A DNA stretch of 64,000 nt from an uncultured delta proteobacterium (GTDB taxonomy: Bacteria; Desulfobacterota; Binatia; Binatales; Binataceae): contig CAVXGH010000013.1 in NCBI GenBank assembly GCA_963761255.1, positions 37,184 to 101,183 on the forward strand, in the 5' to 3' direction. Position numbers and translations under genes: made by a program. Positions 38,859-49,062 of the stretch are shown here, piece by piece. Within the stretch, counting starts at the first letter, position 1, and each line of letters begins with the position of its first letter. Under the pieces are notes generated by a model, which was not told the origin of the DNA, did no database searches, and saw nothing but the letters and a program-made list of their open reading frames with translations.

Positions 38859-39926
38859 CTAGTGGCCTGTAACCGGTGAAATGGTATCAATACTGATTCG
38901 ATGTGTGGGGTCGCGGTAGGTCCACTTGATGGGTTTGGGGGCGTGATTATCGTGACCGATGTAGCGCTTAAGTTTGCGCGCCAGATGCTTGACCGAGGTG
39001 AAGACTCCGCGGGCAATGACATCGCGCTCGATCTTGGCGAACCAGTTTTCTACCTGATTGAGCCAGGAGGAGTAGGTCGGGGTGTAGTGGAGATGGACTT
39101 TCGGGTGGGCGGCGAGGAATTGCCCAACCCGCTTGGTCTTGTGGGCCGAGAGATTGTCGGCAATGAGGTGAATCTCCTTGCCGCGCGGCTGATTGGCGAC
39201 CAGCTCGGCGAGGAAGGCCACGAACTCCTGGCTGGTGTGACGCGCGGCGGTTTTGCCCACCACCGCGCCGCTCTTGGTGTCAAGCGCCGCGTACAGCGAA
39301 AGCGTGCCGTGGCGATAGTATTCAAAACCGTGGCGTTCCAGCCGCCCGGGCGACAAAGGCAACACCGGATCCAGCCGGTCCAGGGCTTGAATGGCGGTCT
39401 TTTCGTCTACGCAAAACACCGCCGCATGCTGCGGCGGTTTGACGTACAGTCCGATAATATCGGCTGCCTTAGTCTCAAAGTCGGGATCGTCGGAGGCCAT
39501 GTAGCGTTCGATCCGATGCGGCCTAAGCCCGGCGCGCTGCCACACCCGCGCCACCATCATGTGGCTGATGCCCAGGTGGCGGGCCAACTTGCGGCTGCTC
39601 CAGTGGGTGGAGCCATCGGGCGGAGGTCTGCGGGTCCATTCCAGAATTTTGGCTTCCAGCGCCGGGGTTCGTTTCTCCACCGCGCGTCCGCGGTAGTGCG
39701 AGTACAAGCCCGCCAGCCGCTCGGCTTCGAAACGACCCTTCCAGCGACTGATATAGTTGGGGTTGCAGCCCAGCACCTGGCGGATGGCCGAATAAGATTT
39801 TCCCTCCACCAGCAACAGGATCAGCCGCGCACGGCGCACATCCTCGGCCGGCAAGGTCCGCGAGCGCATCCTATCCCTCAGTTCCGCGCGCTCACTCGAC
39901 CTCAAGCGTAACTCCCCTTTAGGCAT
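38859..39926 (-). CDS. IS630 family transposase
   Basis: HTH plus THWS; DDE residues in VDEK, ADNLSAH and SWLNQVENWF. Confidence 0.95.
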   Translation of the reverse strand: MPKGELRLRSSERAELRDRMRSRTLPAEDVRRARLILLLVEGKSYSAIRQVLGCNPNYISRWKGRFEAERLAGLYSHYRGRAVEKRTPALEAKILEWTRRPPPDGSTHWSSRKLARHLGISHMMVARVWQRAGLRPHRIERYMASDDPDFETKAADIIGLYVKPPQHAAVFCVDEKTAIQALDRLDPVLPLSPGRLERHGFEYYRHGTLSLYAALDTKSGAVVGKTAARHTSQEFVAFLAELVANQPRGKEIHLIADNLSAHKTKRVGQFLAAHPKVHLHYTPTYSSWLNQVENWFAKIERDVIARGVFTSVKHLARKLKRYIGHDNHAPKPIKWTYRDPTHRISIDTISPVTGH

Positions 39927-39976
39927 GCCTCATGATACATGAAGCCCATACCAATGTCACTGTTACAGGCCACTAG
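38859..39976 (-). mobile_element. IS630-family insertion sequence
   Basis: Terminal IRs CTAGTGGCCTGTAAC (38859-38873) and GTTACAGGCCACTAG (39962-39976), extending imperfectly to about 29 bp. TA/CTAG target at both ends; single transposase ORF. Confidence 0.93.
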
Positions 39977-41571
39977 AACTCCGGCGGACGCACCAACGGT
40001 TTCTGCTCGTCATCGGCCGACGGTAGTCCCGGAGCTTTGGGCCGTATTAATCCGGGCGTTAATAGGGTTCCCCAATTGGTTCGATTGGTCATTTCGTGTT
40101 GCGTCTGGATCGGGATGAAGTCATGACCCTCACGAAGCTCCCAGCCACCGCCGAGCGCTCTATAAGTAGAGATTAGCCCCAGCGCAACGCTGCCAGTTGC
40201 GAGCGCGAGGTTGTTTTGCGCCTGGAGGAGATTCTGCTCGGCTGTTAGTACAGTGGTAAAATCAGCAATGCCCTGGCGATACTGAATCATTGCGATGTTA
40301 TAGGCCCCGGTGGCGGCGGTGACGCTCGCCTGCAGGAACTGCACCTGCACACGGGATTGCACGAAAGTCGTAATGCCATTTTCGACGTCCTGCTGGGCAC
40401 TCAGAACCGTATTCTGATAGTTGATGAGTGCTTCCTGGAATTTCGCGTCCTGTACTCGGACATTGTTAGTTATCTGGCCATAGTTAAGGATATTCCATTG
40501 CACGCCAGGGCCTGCACCAAAGGCTAAGGTGCTTTTTTGGAAAACGTCGCCAAGGCTGGCCTGACCGATGTTGGTGGCGAACACTCCGACATTGCCGGTC
40601 AAGGCGAAAGTCGGCAACAAATCCGCCTTCGAGAAGCCAATCTGAGCACACTGCGCAGCGGCTAACAGTTCCGCCTGTCTGATGTCGGGCCGCCGCCGCA
40701 AAAGGTCTGCCGGTATACCGGCTGACAGCTTGATGTTGGTGGTGGGAATCTTAGCTGAACCGCTAAGCGCATCGCTGAATTGTTCCGGGGGCAGGCCGAG
40801 AAGAACACTCAAGGCATTTTTCGCCTGATCGAGCTGGATGCCAAGTTGAGGGATAGTCGCCTGGGTTCCACCGAGCACGTCCTCGGCCTGATAGACGTCG
40901 CGCTTGGTCGCGGTACCGTAGAGAAATTTTGCGCGTGCGATCTTCAGCGCCGTCTTCTGGCGCTCGACGTTTTCTTGTGCGATCGCAATTTGGGCCTCGA
41001 CGGTGCGAATCTGAACGTATGCCGTCGCGACATCGGCAACGAGGCTGACCAACGCGTTGTCATAGTTCGCGACCGAGGCAAGAAAGGCATCATCGGCTGA
41101 TTCGATCGCGCGTCGTAGCTTGCCCCAGAAATCGATCTCCCACGTCGCCTGAGCGCCGAAAGAATCAGCCCAGTAAGTGTTTTTGCTGAGGAGATAGGGA
41201 AACGAGCCCGGGATGCGATTGTAGCTCAGCGAAGCACTGGCGGTCTGCTGTTGCGGATAAAACTCGCCGATCGCCACACCGAGTTGTGCTCGGGCCTCAA
41301 GCACCCGGACGCCCGCGGAGCGCAAGGACAGGTTATTACGATACGCAAGCCCAACCAGGCGAGTCAGATCCGCGTCATTAAAGACTGTCCACCACTGGTG
41401 ATAGTCTGCATATCCACTGTCATCGAGACTGGGGTCGCCGGTCGCGCTCCACTTAGCAGCGATGGGCGCGGAGGGACGTTTGAAATCCGGCCCGATGAGC
41501 GCACACCCGGCAACTGTGAATGCGAGCAAGCAGAGAAGTCGGCGCGCGAGCGGCTTCCCGCGAGGTTTCAT
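39973..41571 (-). CDS. outer-membrane efflux factor (NodT/OprM-like lipoprotein)
   Basis: Lipobox VAGC, WEIDFWG, LLRRRPDIRQAE and YRALGGGW; start reassigned to ATG 41571 after AGGGAGAGG. Confidence 0.92.
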   Translation of the reverse strand: MKPRGKPLARRLLCLLAFTVAGCALIGPDFKRPSAPIAAKWSATGDPSLDDSGYADYHQWWTVFNDADLTRLVGLAYRNNLSLRSAGVRVLEARAQLGVAIGEFYPQQQTASASLSYNRIPGSFPYLLSKNTYWADSFGAQATWEIDFWGKLRRAIESADDAFLASVANYDNALVSLVADVATAYVQIRTVEAQIAIAQENVERQKTALKIARAKFLYGTATKRDVYQAEDVLGGTQATIPQLGIQLDQAKNALSVLLGLPPEQFSDALSGSAKIPTTNIKLSAGIPADLLRRRPDIRQAELLAAAQCAQIGFSKADLLPTFALTGNVGVFATNIGQASLGDVFQKSTLAFGAGPGVQWNILNYGQITNNVRVQDAKFQEALINYQNTVLSAQQDVENGITTFVQSRVQVQFLQASVTAATGAYNIAMIQYRQGIADFTTVLTAEQNLLQAQNNLALATGSVALGLISTYRALGGGWELREGHDFIPIQTQHEMTNRTNWGTLLTPGLIRPKAPGLPSADDEQKPLVRPPEF

Positions 41572-41794
41572 CCTCTCCCTTCTCCGCATTCTTTCAGATG
41601 CCGGAAGAAACCCTTTCGATCTTTCATTGAGCAGCATGCGTACCATGGACCAAGCAACAACGGCAACACGCTGAATGCGCGCTGGCACGTTGGAGTTGTC
41701 GAGCATCGCTTACCTCGAATGGTCGAAATCTTCGTTGGCGAAGAGCAAAGTGTTATCCAGGAAATTTATTAGGAGCGAGGTGAAATCGCGCGCT

Positions 41795-42211
41795 ATGAGA
41801 ACGCCACTTTTCGTTTGCTTGATCGTCGCGCTTGTTGGACTCGTTGGGACGGTTAATGCTGATCCGACGACGGCGGCCGGCACCGTTCACGAAGTTTTCC
41901 AACAAGCCGTTACCAAGATGCCTGGAAATGAGGTGACGGTTGTTACGGTTGACTATGCCCCGGGCGAGTCTACGCCGCCGCATGAACATCCGGGCGCGAC
42001 CTTCGCCTACGTCTTGAAAGGCGCCGTGGTATCGCAGCTGGACGATGCGCCGCCGCATACCTACGCCGAGGGCCAAATGTGGTCGGAGACGCCGCATCAG
42101 CACCATACGGTTTCGAAGAATGCGAGCGCTACCGAGCCTGCAAAGCTGCTGGTCTTCTTCATCGCTCCCAAAGGTGCGAAGTTGACGACGATGTTACCGG
42201 CCGCGCCTTGA
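41795..42211 (+). CDS. exported cupin-domain protein
   Basis: Signal peptide; PHEHPG...YVLKG and E.P...H cupin motifs. Confidence 0.85.
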   Translation: MRTPLFVCLIVALVGLVGTVNADPTTAAGTVHEVFQQAVTKMPGNEVTVVTVDYAPGESTPPHEHPGATFAYVLKGAVVSQLDDAPPHTYAEGQMWSETPHQHHTVSKNASATEPAKLLVFFIAPKGAKLTTMLPAAP

Positions 42212-42217
42212 GTCCGC

Positions 42218-43447
42218 CTAGGCTCGAATCCTGAAATGCATCGGCATGTGCTTGATGCCGCAATTGAAGTTGGTGCGCAGCCATTCGACGGGTCCTGCCA
42301 GTTCGACGTCGGTCATTCGCCTGATGATCTCCTCGAACATCACCCGCATTTCGAGTCGCGCGAGACCCGATCCGATACAGAAGTGGTTGCCATGACTGAA
42401 AGTCAAATGATTGTTAGGTGAGCGGTCGAGGTGGAAGTGCTCCGAGTCCTTAAAGACGTCCTCGTCGCGATTGGCCGAGGCGAACCACATCACGATGCGC
42501 TGATTCGCGAGCACGCGGTGGCCGCCGATTTCGCAGTCGCGCCGCGCGGTCCGCATTGCATGCGTGGCGGGCGCAGTCCAGCGCAGGATCTCTTCGACGG
42601 TGGAGTCCATCAGCGCGGGATTCGCGCGCAGCCTGGCGAGCTCCGCCGGATTTTCAATCAGTGCATGCATCCCGCCGACGATTGCGATGCGCAGACTTTC
42701 CAATCCGCCGAGGATCAGCAGGAGCGCATTCCACAGCAGTTCACCTTGTGACAGACCGGCGCCATTGATGGTTCCGGTGACCAGCGCGCTCACCAGGTCG
42801 TCGCCGGGATGTTGCCGTCGCTGCGCGAGCAGGTGCTCGAGGTAGTCGAACATTTTGGTTCGCCCGCTGTCCTCGGTTTCGGTTGAACTCCGCCCATGTC
42901 GATATTCCAGATCGTCGGCGCCCAGCATAGTCTTGCCCAACTCGAAGAGGCGGTCCCAATCCGCGCGCGGGATACCCATCATCTCGCAGATGACGGCGGT
43001 GGGAAGCCGGCCCGCAACCTCGACGGAAAAATCGCACTCGCCGCGAGGCGCAACCTCATCGATGATCGAGTTGACGATCTGGCGGATGTGCGGTTCACGC
43101 GCGTTGACCTCAGGATGGCCGAAGTGGCGATTGACCAGCGCGCGGATTTTTTCGTGGCGCGGCGGATCGGTCCAGTTGAGCATCTCGCCGATGCCGGTAT
43201 CGCCGCCGGCGCGGTCGCGATTGAGCACGAAGTTGAGCACGTTGCCCTGGAGCTCGGAACTGAACAGATGCGCGTCGGCGAGAACCGCGAGGCAGTCGCG
43301 CATTTTGGTCAGCGACCAGAAACCCTCGCCGGGCTTGCGCTCGTGCCAATAGACGGGCGCCTCGGCGCGCATGACGCGCCAGGCTTCGAAGCGATCGCCG
43401 TCGCGGAAGAAATCGAGATCGGTCAGGTCTATCTGCTCGAGCCGCAT
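42218..43447 (-). CDS. cytochrome P450 (CYP125/CYP142-like architecture)
   Basis: DPPRH, GGLESL I-helix, EEILRW and FSHGNHFCIG. Confidence 0.93.
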   Translation of the reverse strand: MRLEQIDLTDLDFFRDGDRFEAWRVMRAEAPVYWHERKPGEGFWSLTKMRDCLAVLADAHLFSSELQGNVLNFVLNRDRAGGDTGIGEMLNWTDPPRHEKIRALVNRHFGHPEVNAREPHIRQIVNSIIDEVAPRGECDFSVEVAGRLPTAVICEMMGIPRADWDRLFELGKTMLGADDLEYRHGRSSTETEDSGRTKMFDYLEHLLAQRRQHPGDDLVSALVTGTINGAGLSQGELLWNALLLILGGLESLRIAIVGGMHALIENPAELARLRANPALMDSTVEEILRWTAPATHAMRTARRDCEIGGHRVLANQRIVMWFASANRDEDVFKDSEHFHLDRSPNNHLTFSHGNHFCIGSGLARLEMRVMFEEIIRRMTDVELAGPVEWLRTNFNCGIKHMPMHFRIRA

Positions 43448-43636
43448 CAACGCTCACCTCAGAAATCGCATCGCGTGATTTTCTATTCTTACCGGAAAAT
43501 GCGGTACGTCGAAAAAGGCTCCCAAGGTCTCGGGCGAAGACAACAGCAATTGCCATCTGGTAAGGCAGGGAGTTATCAACTTTACGATTCCAATACCCGC
43601 GGCGCGGATGATATTTTCGAGGCACCGAGGGATCAG

Positions 43637-44802
43637 GTGGTTCCAGTCCGCTACAACCTGCGAAGCCTGCTCGAGCGGCGCGCAACGTCGCTGATGACCG
43701 TGCTCGGCCTCGGCATGGTCGCGATGATCTTCGTCATCCTGTTCGGTTTCATAGGCGGTTTGAAGAGCACCATGTTGAACGCGAGCGCCGATCGCAACTG
43801 GGTGTTGCTGAGCAAGGGCGCGCCCAACGAGACTGCCAGTTTCGTCGGTCACGATGCGATCGAGATCGTGCAGGTGCGTCCGGAGATCGCGCTCGATGAC
43901 GATGGGAAGCCGCTGGTCTCGAAGGAAGTCTTCGCCGGGGTGAACATCAGCCGCGACAAGCACGTGCGGCAGTTCGTCCAGATGCGCGGGGAGACACCGA
44001 TCGCGGGCTGCGAGTCCATCGCAACATGCATCTGGTCAGCGGGCGCTGGCCAGTTCGCGGACAAGGCGAATGGACCGTCGGCCAGAAGGTGCAGGCGCGT
44101 CAGCCCTATCTGACGATCGGCAGCCAGGTTCATTTCGGCCGGCGCAACTGGACCATCGTCGGGGTCTTCACCGACGATGACAGCGCGCGCGAGTCCGAGA
44201 TTTGGACCGACTACAACGATCTGATGAGCGATGTGCAGTACAAGGGCGGCCTCGACACTAACTCGCTGCACGTGGTGCTTAAGCCCGGGACGTCAGCGTC
44301 GTTCGCCCAGGCGCTCAAGAGCGATGGACGCCTTCACCTCGATGCTTTCACGGAGCGCGACTACTATGACTCACAGACTAAGGTAGTCGATCAGTTGCGA
44401 TCGCTGGGACTCATCGTAGCGCTGGCGCTCGGCATCGGCGCGACCTTCGGCGGGATGAACACGATGTACACTGCGGTCGCGCGGCGCAAGCGCGAGATCG
44501 GCGTGTTGCGAGTGCTGGGGTTCTCGCGCGGTAACATCATCAGCAGCTTCATGATCGAGAGCGCGTTGCTCGGCCTCGCGGGAGGCGTTGCCGGAGTGGC
44601 GCTTGCGTTCATCGTCGCGTGGGCCACCGGCCTCAACAGCCGCCTGCTCAGCGTGGGCTCGACCTTCTTCTCCTATCGCCCGACACCGAAAGCGATCGCC
44701 GCGGGACTCATTGCCGCGGCAGTCATCGGCATAGCCGGTGGACTCGCGCCGGCCTGGCGAGCGGCGCGCATCGGGGTGATCGATTCGTTGCGGGAAGCCT
44801 GA
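43637..44802 (+). pseudogene. FtsX/MacB-type ABC permease with frameshift near 44005
   Basis: MVPVRYNLRSLLERR...RGETPIA in one frame continues as LRVHRNMHLVSGR...MYTAVARRKREIGVLRVLGF in another. Span is 1166 nt (3n+2). Confidence 0.8.
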
Positions 44803-45968
44803 TGCTAGCGAAGCTGTTGATCGTCGCGATGCGCAACATGCGCCGCCAACTGCGGCGCACGATACTTACCGCCTTGACCTTCGCGGTCGCGGTCTTCCTT
44901 TATACGGTGCTGGTCGCGGTGCCGATCTCGATGGATCGCATCGCCGCCGATGCCGCCAAGGGCCTGCGCCTCATCACCATCGCGCATAACTCCTACAAGC
45001 TGCCGGCGAAGTACTGCAATGACATCAAGAAGATGCCGCACGTTCTCGCATGCGCGCCGGAGATCCAGTTCACCACCATCTATCGCGACCCGCGCGACTA
45101 CATCACCACTTTCGGTGTCACGCAGGACATCTTCACGGTCACGGGCGACAATGATTTCCAGGTCTCGCCGGAGACGCGCCGCAAGATGGCATCGGACCGG
45201 CGCTTCTGTTCGGTCGGGAAGGTGCTGATGCACGAACAGGGTTGGAAGATCGGGCAACAGATCATCCTGCGCGCTCCCGACGATGACAAGTTGAAGCTGA
45301 CTCTGATCCCGATGCTGGAACTGCCCTCATTGCTCACCGCGCGTGCGCTGTTCTTCGATCGCAGGGTACTCGACGACGCGGTAAAGAACGCGTTCGGCAG
45401 GGATATCAGCGACCGTGCTAACTTTCTGTCAGTCAAGGTCGACCGCGCCGAGAACATGGATCAGGTCATCGCCGAGATCGATGAGAACTTCCACAACTCC
45501 GATGCCGAGACCGAGACCACCGAGGAGTCCGATGCGCTCGCCAGCGTCGTCACCGGCATCGGCGACATCAAGACCATCATGTACAGCCTCTGCATCGTGG
45601 TGCTGCTGACGGTGTTGCTGATCGCCGCCAACTCGATGGCGATGATGGTGCGCGACCGCATTACCGAGGTCGCCGTGATGCGCGCCCTCGGCTTCGAGCG
45701 CATCCATGTCGTCGCGCTGCTGCTCGCCGAGGCCGGGCTGATCGGGGTCACCGGAGGACTCGTCGGAGCGGGCGCCGCGCTGATGGCTTTCCATCGTGGC
45801 ATATCGCTCGGCCAGATCACCGGCGGGCTGGGGTACATGGCGGTGGCGCCGGACATTGCGGGGTGGGCGGTGGTCATCGCACTGATAGTGAGCATCCTAA
45901 GCGCGTTGCTGCCTGTGATTCAGGCGGCGCGCATCCCACCTGCGATGGCATTCCGGAAGGTCATCTAA
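44802..45968 (+). CDS. FtsX/MacB-type ABC permease
   Basis: RNMRRQLRRTILT and MVRDRITEVAVMRALGF; TGATG overlap with the upstream gene. Confidence 0.9.
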   Translation: MLAKLLIVAMRNMRRQLRRTILTALTFAVAVFLYTVLVAVPISMDRIAADAAKGLRLITIAHNSYKLPAKYCNDIKKMPHVLACAPEIQFTTIYRDPRDYITTFGVTQDIFTVTGDNDFQVSPETRRKMASDRRFCSVGKVLMHEQGWKIGQQIILRAPDDDKLKLTLIPMLELPSLLTARALFFDRRVLDDAVKNAFGRDISDRANFLSVKVDRAENMDQVIAEIDENFHNSDAETETTEESDALASVVTGIGDIKTIMYSLCIVVLLTVLLIAANSMAMMVRDRITEVAVMRALGFERIHVVALLLAEAGLIGVTGGLVGAGAALMAFHRGISLGQITGGLGYMAVAPDIAGWAVVIALIVSILSALLPVIQAARIPPAMAFRKVI

Positions 45969-46056
45969 CGCGATCTATTGTAACCTAATAGCACTTTATA
46001 ATCGTTATTGCTATTGAATGATCGTCTTGCTCAGTTAAATCATGGCTTATCGGCAC

Positions 46057-46260
46057 AGTGGGTTTGTTTTTTCATTTTTGTATCTGTAACGGATGCGAGG
46101 CGGTGGGTTCGTTTATGCATTTGAGCACATCGCTCGAATGCCGAAGTCGCTTCTTTTTCTGACCGATGAGCCCGGGCGCGATTCGCGACCGGTGGTGAAG
46201 CACGATCGATTTTCAGGAACCCCAGCATTTTCCTGATGTTTTTGGCTTCGTTTGGTAAAT
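46057..46260 (+). repeat. array 2 of TGG(C/G)TT(T/C)GTTT direct repeats
   Basis: AGTGGGTTTGTTTTTTCA 46057, GGTGGGTTCGTTTATGCA 46102, degenerate AAGTCGCTTCTTTTTCTG 46144, TTTGGCTTCGTTTGGTAA 46241. Confidence 0.7.
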
Positions 46261-46466
46261 CTCGGTGACAGCATCCGGTTTGACTTTTTCCCATGACACT
46301 GTGTCGGTATGGTGATGACTTCCGGCCATCCCACATGTTTCATTATTTACCTATACCCGTGCTCGCGAAAGTAGGCCTCCTCGCCGTTTGGCCCACGATG
46401 GCTTACTTGCTAACTTCCATCTTCGATGAGTATTGCCCGCTTTATCGCGCTCCGATTGCCTAATTG

Positions 46467-47585
46467 ATGGCGATGGATGTTGCGGCCCCCTCATATGATC
46501 GCGTCCTGCCGCGCGCCAGCGTCCTCGTTTCGCGAGGCCTCCTCTATCTAATCGCGCTCATCCTGGTCGTAAGTCTCGCGTGGGCGTCGGTTACTCGCGT
46601 CAACATGGTCGTCCGCGCCGAGGGCCGTCTCGCGCCGCAAGCCGAGCCGGTGCGGTTGTCGGTGCCGCAGGGCGGGATCGTTTCGAAGGTGCTGGTCGAG
46701 GTCGGCAGCGAGGTAAGGGCAGGACAGCCGATTCTCGAGATCGATCCGTTTCGTGAGGCCGCCGATGCCGCCTCCGATCGGCATGAACTGGAGCAGGCCC
46801 GGGGCGAGCTGGCGCGCTATACCGAAAGCGCGCGGATGCTCGAATCCGCCACCGCCAATCTCGCCCAGGAAATCACCAGCGAGCAGAAGGTCATGAAGCT
46901 GATGGCGGACCAGGCTGAAAAAATGCGCCAAGGGTACCAGGGCGGCGCGGTCTCGATGTTCGAGGTGCAGGCCAAGGAGCGCGATGCCGCCGAAACCCAG
47001 GCTCGTCTGGCGCAGCTAAATTCCGACCTCAATCGCTCGCAAGCCGAGAGCCTCCAGAACCATCGGATGGAGACCGAGACTGCGCAGAAAATCAAATCCC
47101 TCGAGATCAAACTCTCGCGCGATGTCGAGGTGAAGCAGAAAACCGTGCTGGCGGCGCCGACGGCCGGAATCGTCACCACGATGTCCTCGACACGCCCCGG
47201 ACGCTATCTCGCCGCCAATGACATCGCCGCGACGATCAATCCCTCCGATGAGCCACTGCTCGCGGAGGTATGGATCCCCAACGACCAGATGCGCCGGGTG
47301 AAACCGGATTTGCGCGTGCGGATGAAGTTGAAGGCCTATCCGTATCAGCAGTTTGGCTTGTTGCCGGGGCGGTTGGTATCAGTCGATCCGGATGCCGACG
47401 AATCCGGCAAATATCGTGCGTGGATAAGGCCCGACCGGTTGACGCTCACCGGGGCGCATGGCGCCGAGCGGCTGGGGCCGGGTTTGGAGCTCACCGCCGA
47501 GATCGTGGTCGATCAGCGCACGATTCTGGATGTCGTCCTCGATCCGATTCGTCGCGTCAAACGCGGCTTCTCGATCGGGGAATAA
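46467..47585 (+). CDS. HlyD-family type I secretion membrane fusion protein
   Basis: N-terminal TM, GGIVSKVLV, coiled coil, AYPYQQFG and GLELTAEIVV. Confidence 0.9.
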   Translation: MAMDVAAPSYDRVLPRASVLVSRGLLYLIALILVVSLAWASVTRVNMVVRAEGRLAPQAEPVRLSVPQGGIVSKVLVEVGSEVRAGQPILEIDPFREAADAASDRHELEQARGELARYTESARMLESATANLAQEITSEQKVMKLMADQAEKMRQGYQGGAVSMFEVQAKERDAAETQARLAQLNSDLNRSQAESLQNHRMETETAQKIKSLEIKLSRDVEVKQKTVLAAPTAGIVTTMSSTRPGRYLAANDIAATINPSDEPLLAEVWIPNDQMRRVKPDLRVRMKLKAYPYQQFGLLPGRLVSVDPDADESGKYRAWIRPDRLTLTGAHGAERLGPGLELTAEIVVDQRTILDVVLDPIRRVKRGFSIGE

Positions 47586-47590
47586 GCCCC

Positions 47591-48475
47591 TCAACCCCGA
47601 TTGCGGAGCGCGTGCCGGAGCCATCCGAGCAGATCGCGGTAGACCTCGGCGCGATTAGTTTCGTTGAACATCTCATGACGGCCGTCGAGGTAGTACTTCT
47701 CGGTCAGGTCCTTGATGCCGGCCGCGCGATAGCGCTCGGCCACCGGCCGCAGCCATTCGAGGTGGTGGTTAATCGGGTCGCGATCGCCCGCCATGATCCA
47801 GATCGGCAGGTCTTTGCGGATGCGCGCAAGCTGCGCGGGATCGACGATGCGCATCGAAGCGGCCGCCATCGTCGCCATCGAGCGCGCGATGACGCCGAAA
47901 CCGCAGAGCGGGTCGGCGATATATTTGTCGACCTCCGCGGGGTCGCGGCTGAGCCAGTCGAAGGGGGTCCGCGCCGGCTCGAATTCGCGATTGATCGCGG
48001 TCAGGTCCGCGTCGCCCGAGGAGCTCATCTGCAGCTTATCGACCGCCGCCGATCCCGAGAGCGCTGCCGCCCCGATGAGGTCGCTATGATCGAGCAGGTA
48101 GGCCTGGGTCGCGAAGGATCCCATGCTGTGACCGAGCAGGACGACCGGCAGGCTCCCCTCGCGCTCGCGAATGAGGTGCGTCAGGCGCGCCATGTCCTCG
48201 ACGACGGCATCCCATCCGCCGATGCCAAAATCGCCCAGCGTTTCCTTCGATGTTGCGGTGCGGCCATGCCCTCGATGATCATTCGCATAGACGTTGAAGC
48301 CGGCCTGATTGAGGAACGCGGCGAGGTCGGCATAGCGCAGGGAATGCTCGCCCATCCCATGGGATACCTGCACGACGCCGACCGGCTTGCCTACGGCGGG
48401 CCATCTATAACATGCAACCGTGATGGGTTCAGCTCCGGTCTCCCGGCTGGTGAATGAGAAATCTTCTCGCGCCAT
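47591..48475 (-). CDS. alpha/beta hydrolase (lysophospholipase-like)
   Basis: HGMGEH, DHRGHG, GHSMGS and RHEMFNE; start at ATG 48475. Confidence 0.92.
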   Translation of the reverse strand: MAREDFSFTSRETGAEPITVACYRWPAVGKPVGVVQVSHGMGEHSLRYADLAAFLNQAGFNVYANDHRGHGRTATSKETLGDFGIGGWDAVVEDMARLTHLIREREGSLPVVLLGHSMGSFATQAYLLDHSDLIGAAALSGSAAVDKLQMSSSGDADLTAINREFEPARTPFDWLSRDPAEVDKYIADPLCGFGVIARSMATMAAASMRIVDPAQLARIRKDLPIWIMAGDRDPINHHLEWLRPVAERYRAAGIKDLTEKYYLDGRHEMFNETNRAEVYRDLLGWLRHALRNRG

Positions 48476-48594
48476 GCCCAACTCTAACCGATGAAGCTTA
48501 AAGGCGCGACTGCAAAGCCCTGCCCATTTTCGCACGGTGTGTTTTGCGCTAATACCAGTTAGACCACAACCATATCTCGGAGGGGGAAAACGCG

Positions 48595-49062
48595 ATGTCG
48601 TACCTGCGAAGAGGGATTGTCGGCGTCTTGGCCGTGCTAGCTCTGTCACCCGGCGTCGTTTGGGCAAAGAATCTCTGCGTCACCGGTTTTCCGAACAGCA
48701 GCTTTGTCCTGGTGGGTAAGGGCTTCACCGCTCCAGGCAAGGGTGCCTGCAAGGCATGGTTGGGTTTCAATCCGATCCTCAACCACAACAACCCGGTGAG
48801 CGGCGTCGGTTGTACTTCCTCCGACGGGACGAACCTTAGCCTCAACCTGACCATCGCCGAAGCGTCGCAGGTCGAGATCATGAACATCAGCATCACGCTA
48901 TCCTCACACACTGCGACCTTCGGTGGTCAGATCATCCAGAACGGCGCCGTGACCTCGGTCTCGGGATCTGGCCTCACCGCAGCGGCGTGTACCACCAACA
49001 CCATTCCAGCAGTAGAGGACACGGGAGCGGTCGAGGCTGGCGAAGGGGCATCAGGCCCCTAG
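48595..49062 (+). CDS. hypothetical secreted beta-rich protein
   Basis: Signal peptide (VWA-K), four Cys, GGAGGGGG RBS. Confidence 0.65.
   Translation: MSYLRRGIVGVLAVLALSPGVVWAKNLCVTGFPNSSFVLVGKGFTAPGKGACKAWLGFNPILNHNNPVSGVGCTSSDGTNLSLNLTIAEASQVEIMNISITLSSHTATFGGQIIQNGAVTSVSGSGLTAAACTTNTIPAVEDTGAVEAGEGASGP

Noticed and set aside
43451-43464. 14-nt match (CGCTCACCTCAGAA) to the 54.2 kb repeat arm
   Set aside because: It coincides with the P450 Shine-Dalgarno (GAGGTGA on the minus strand) and the match does not extend.
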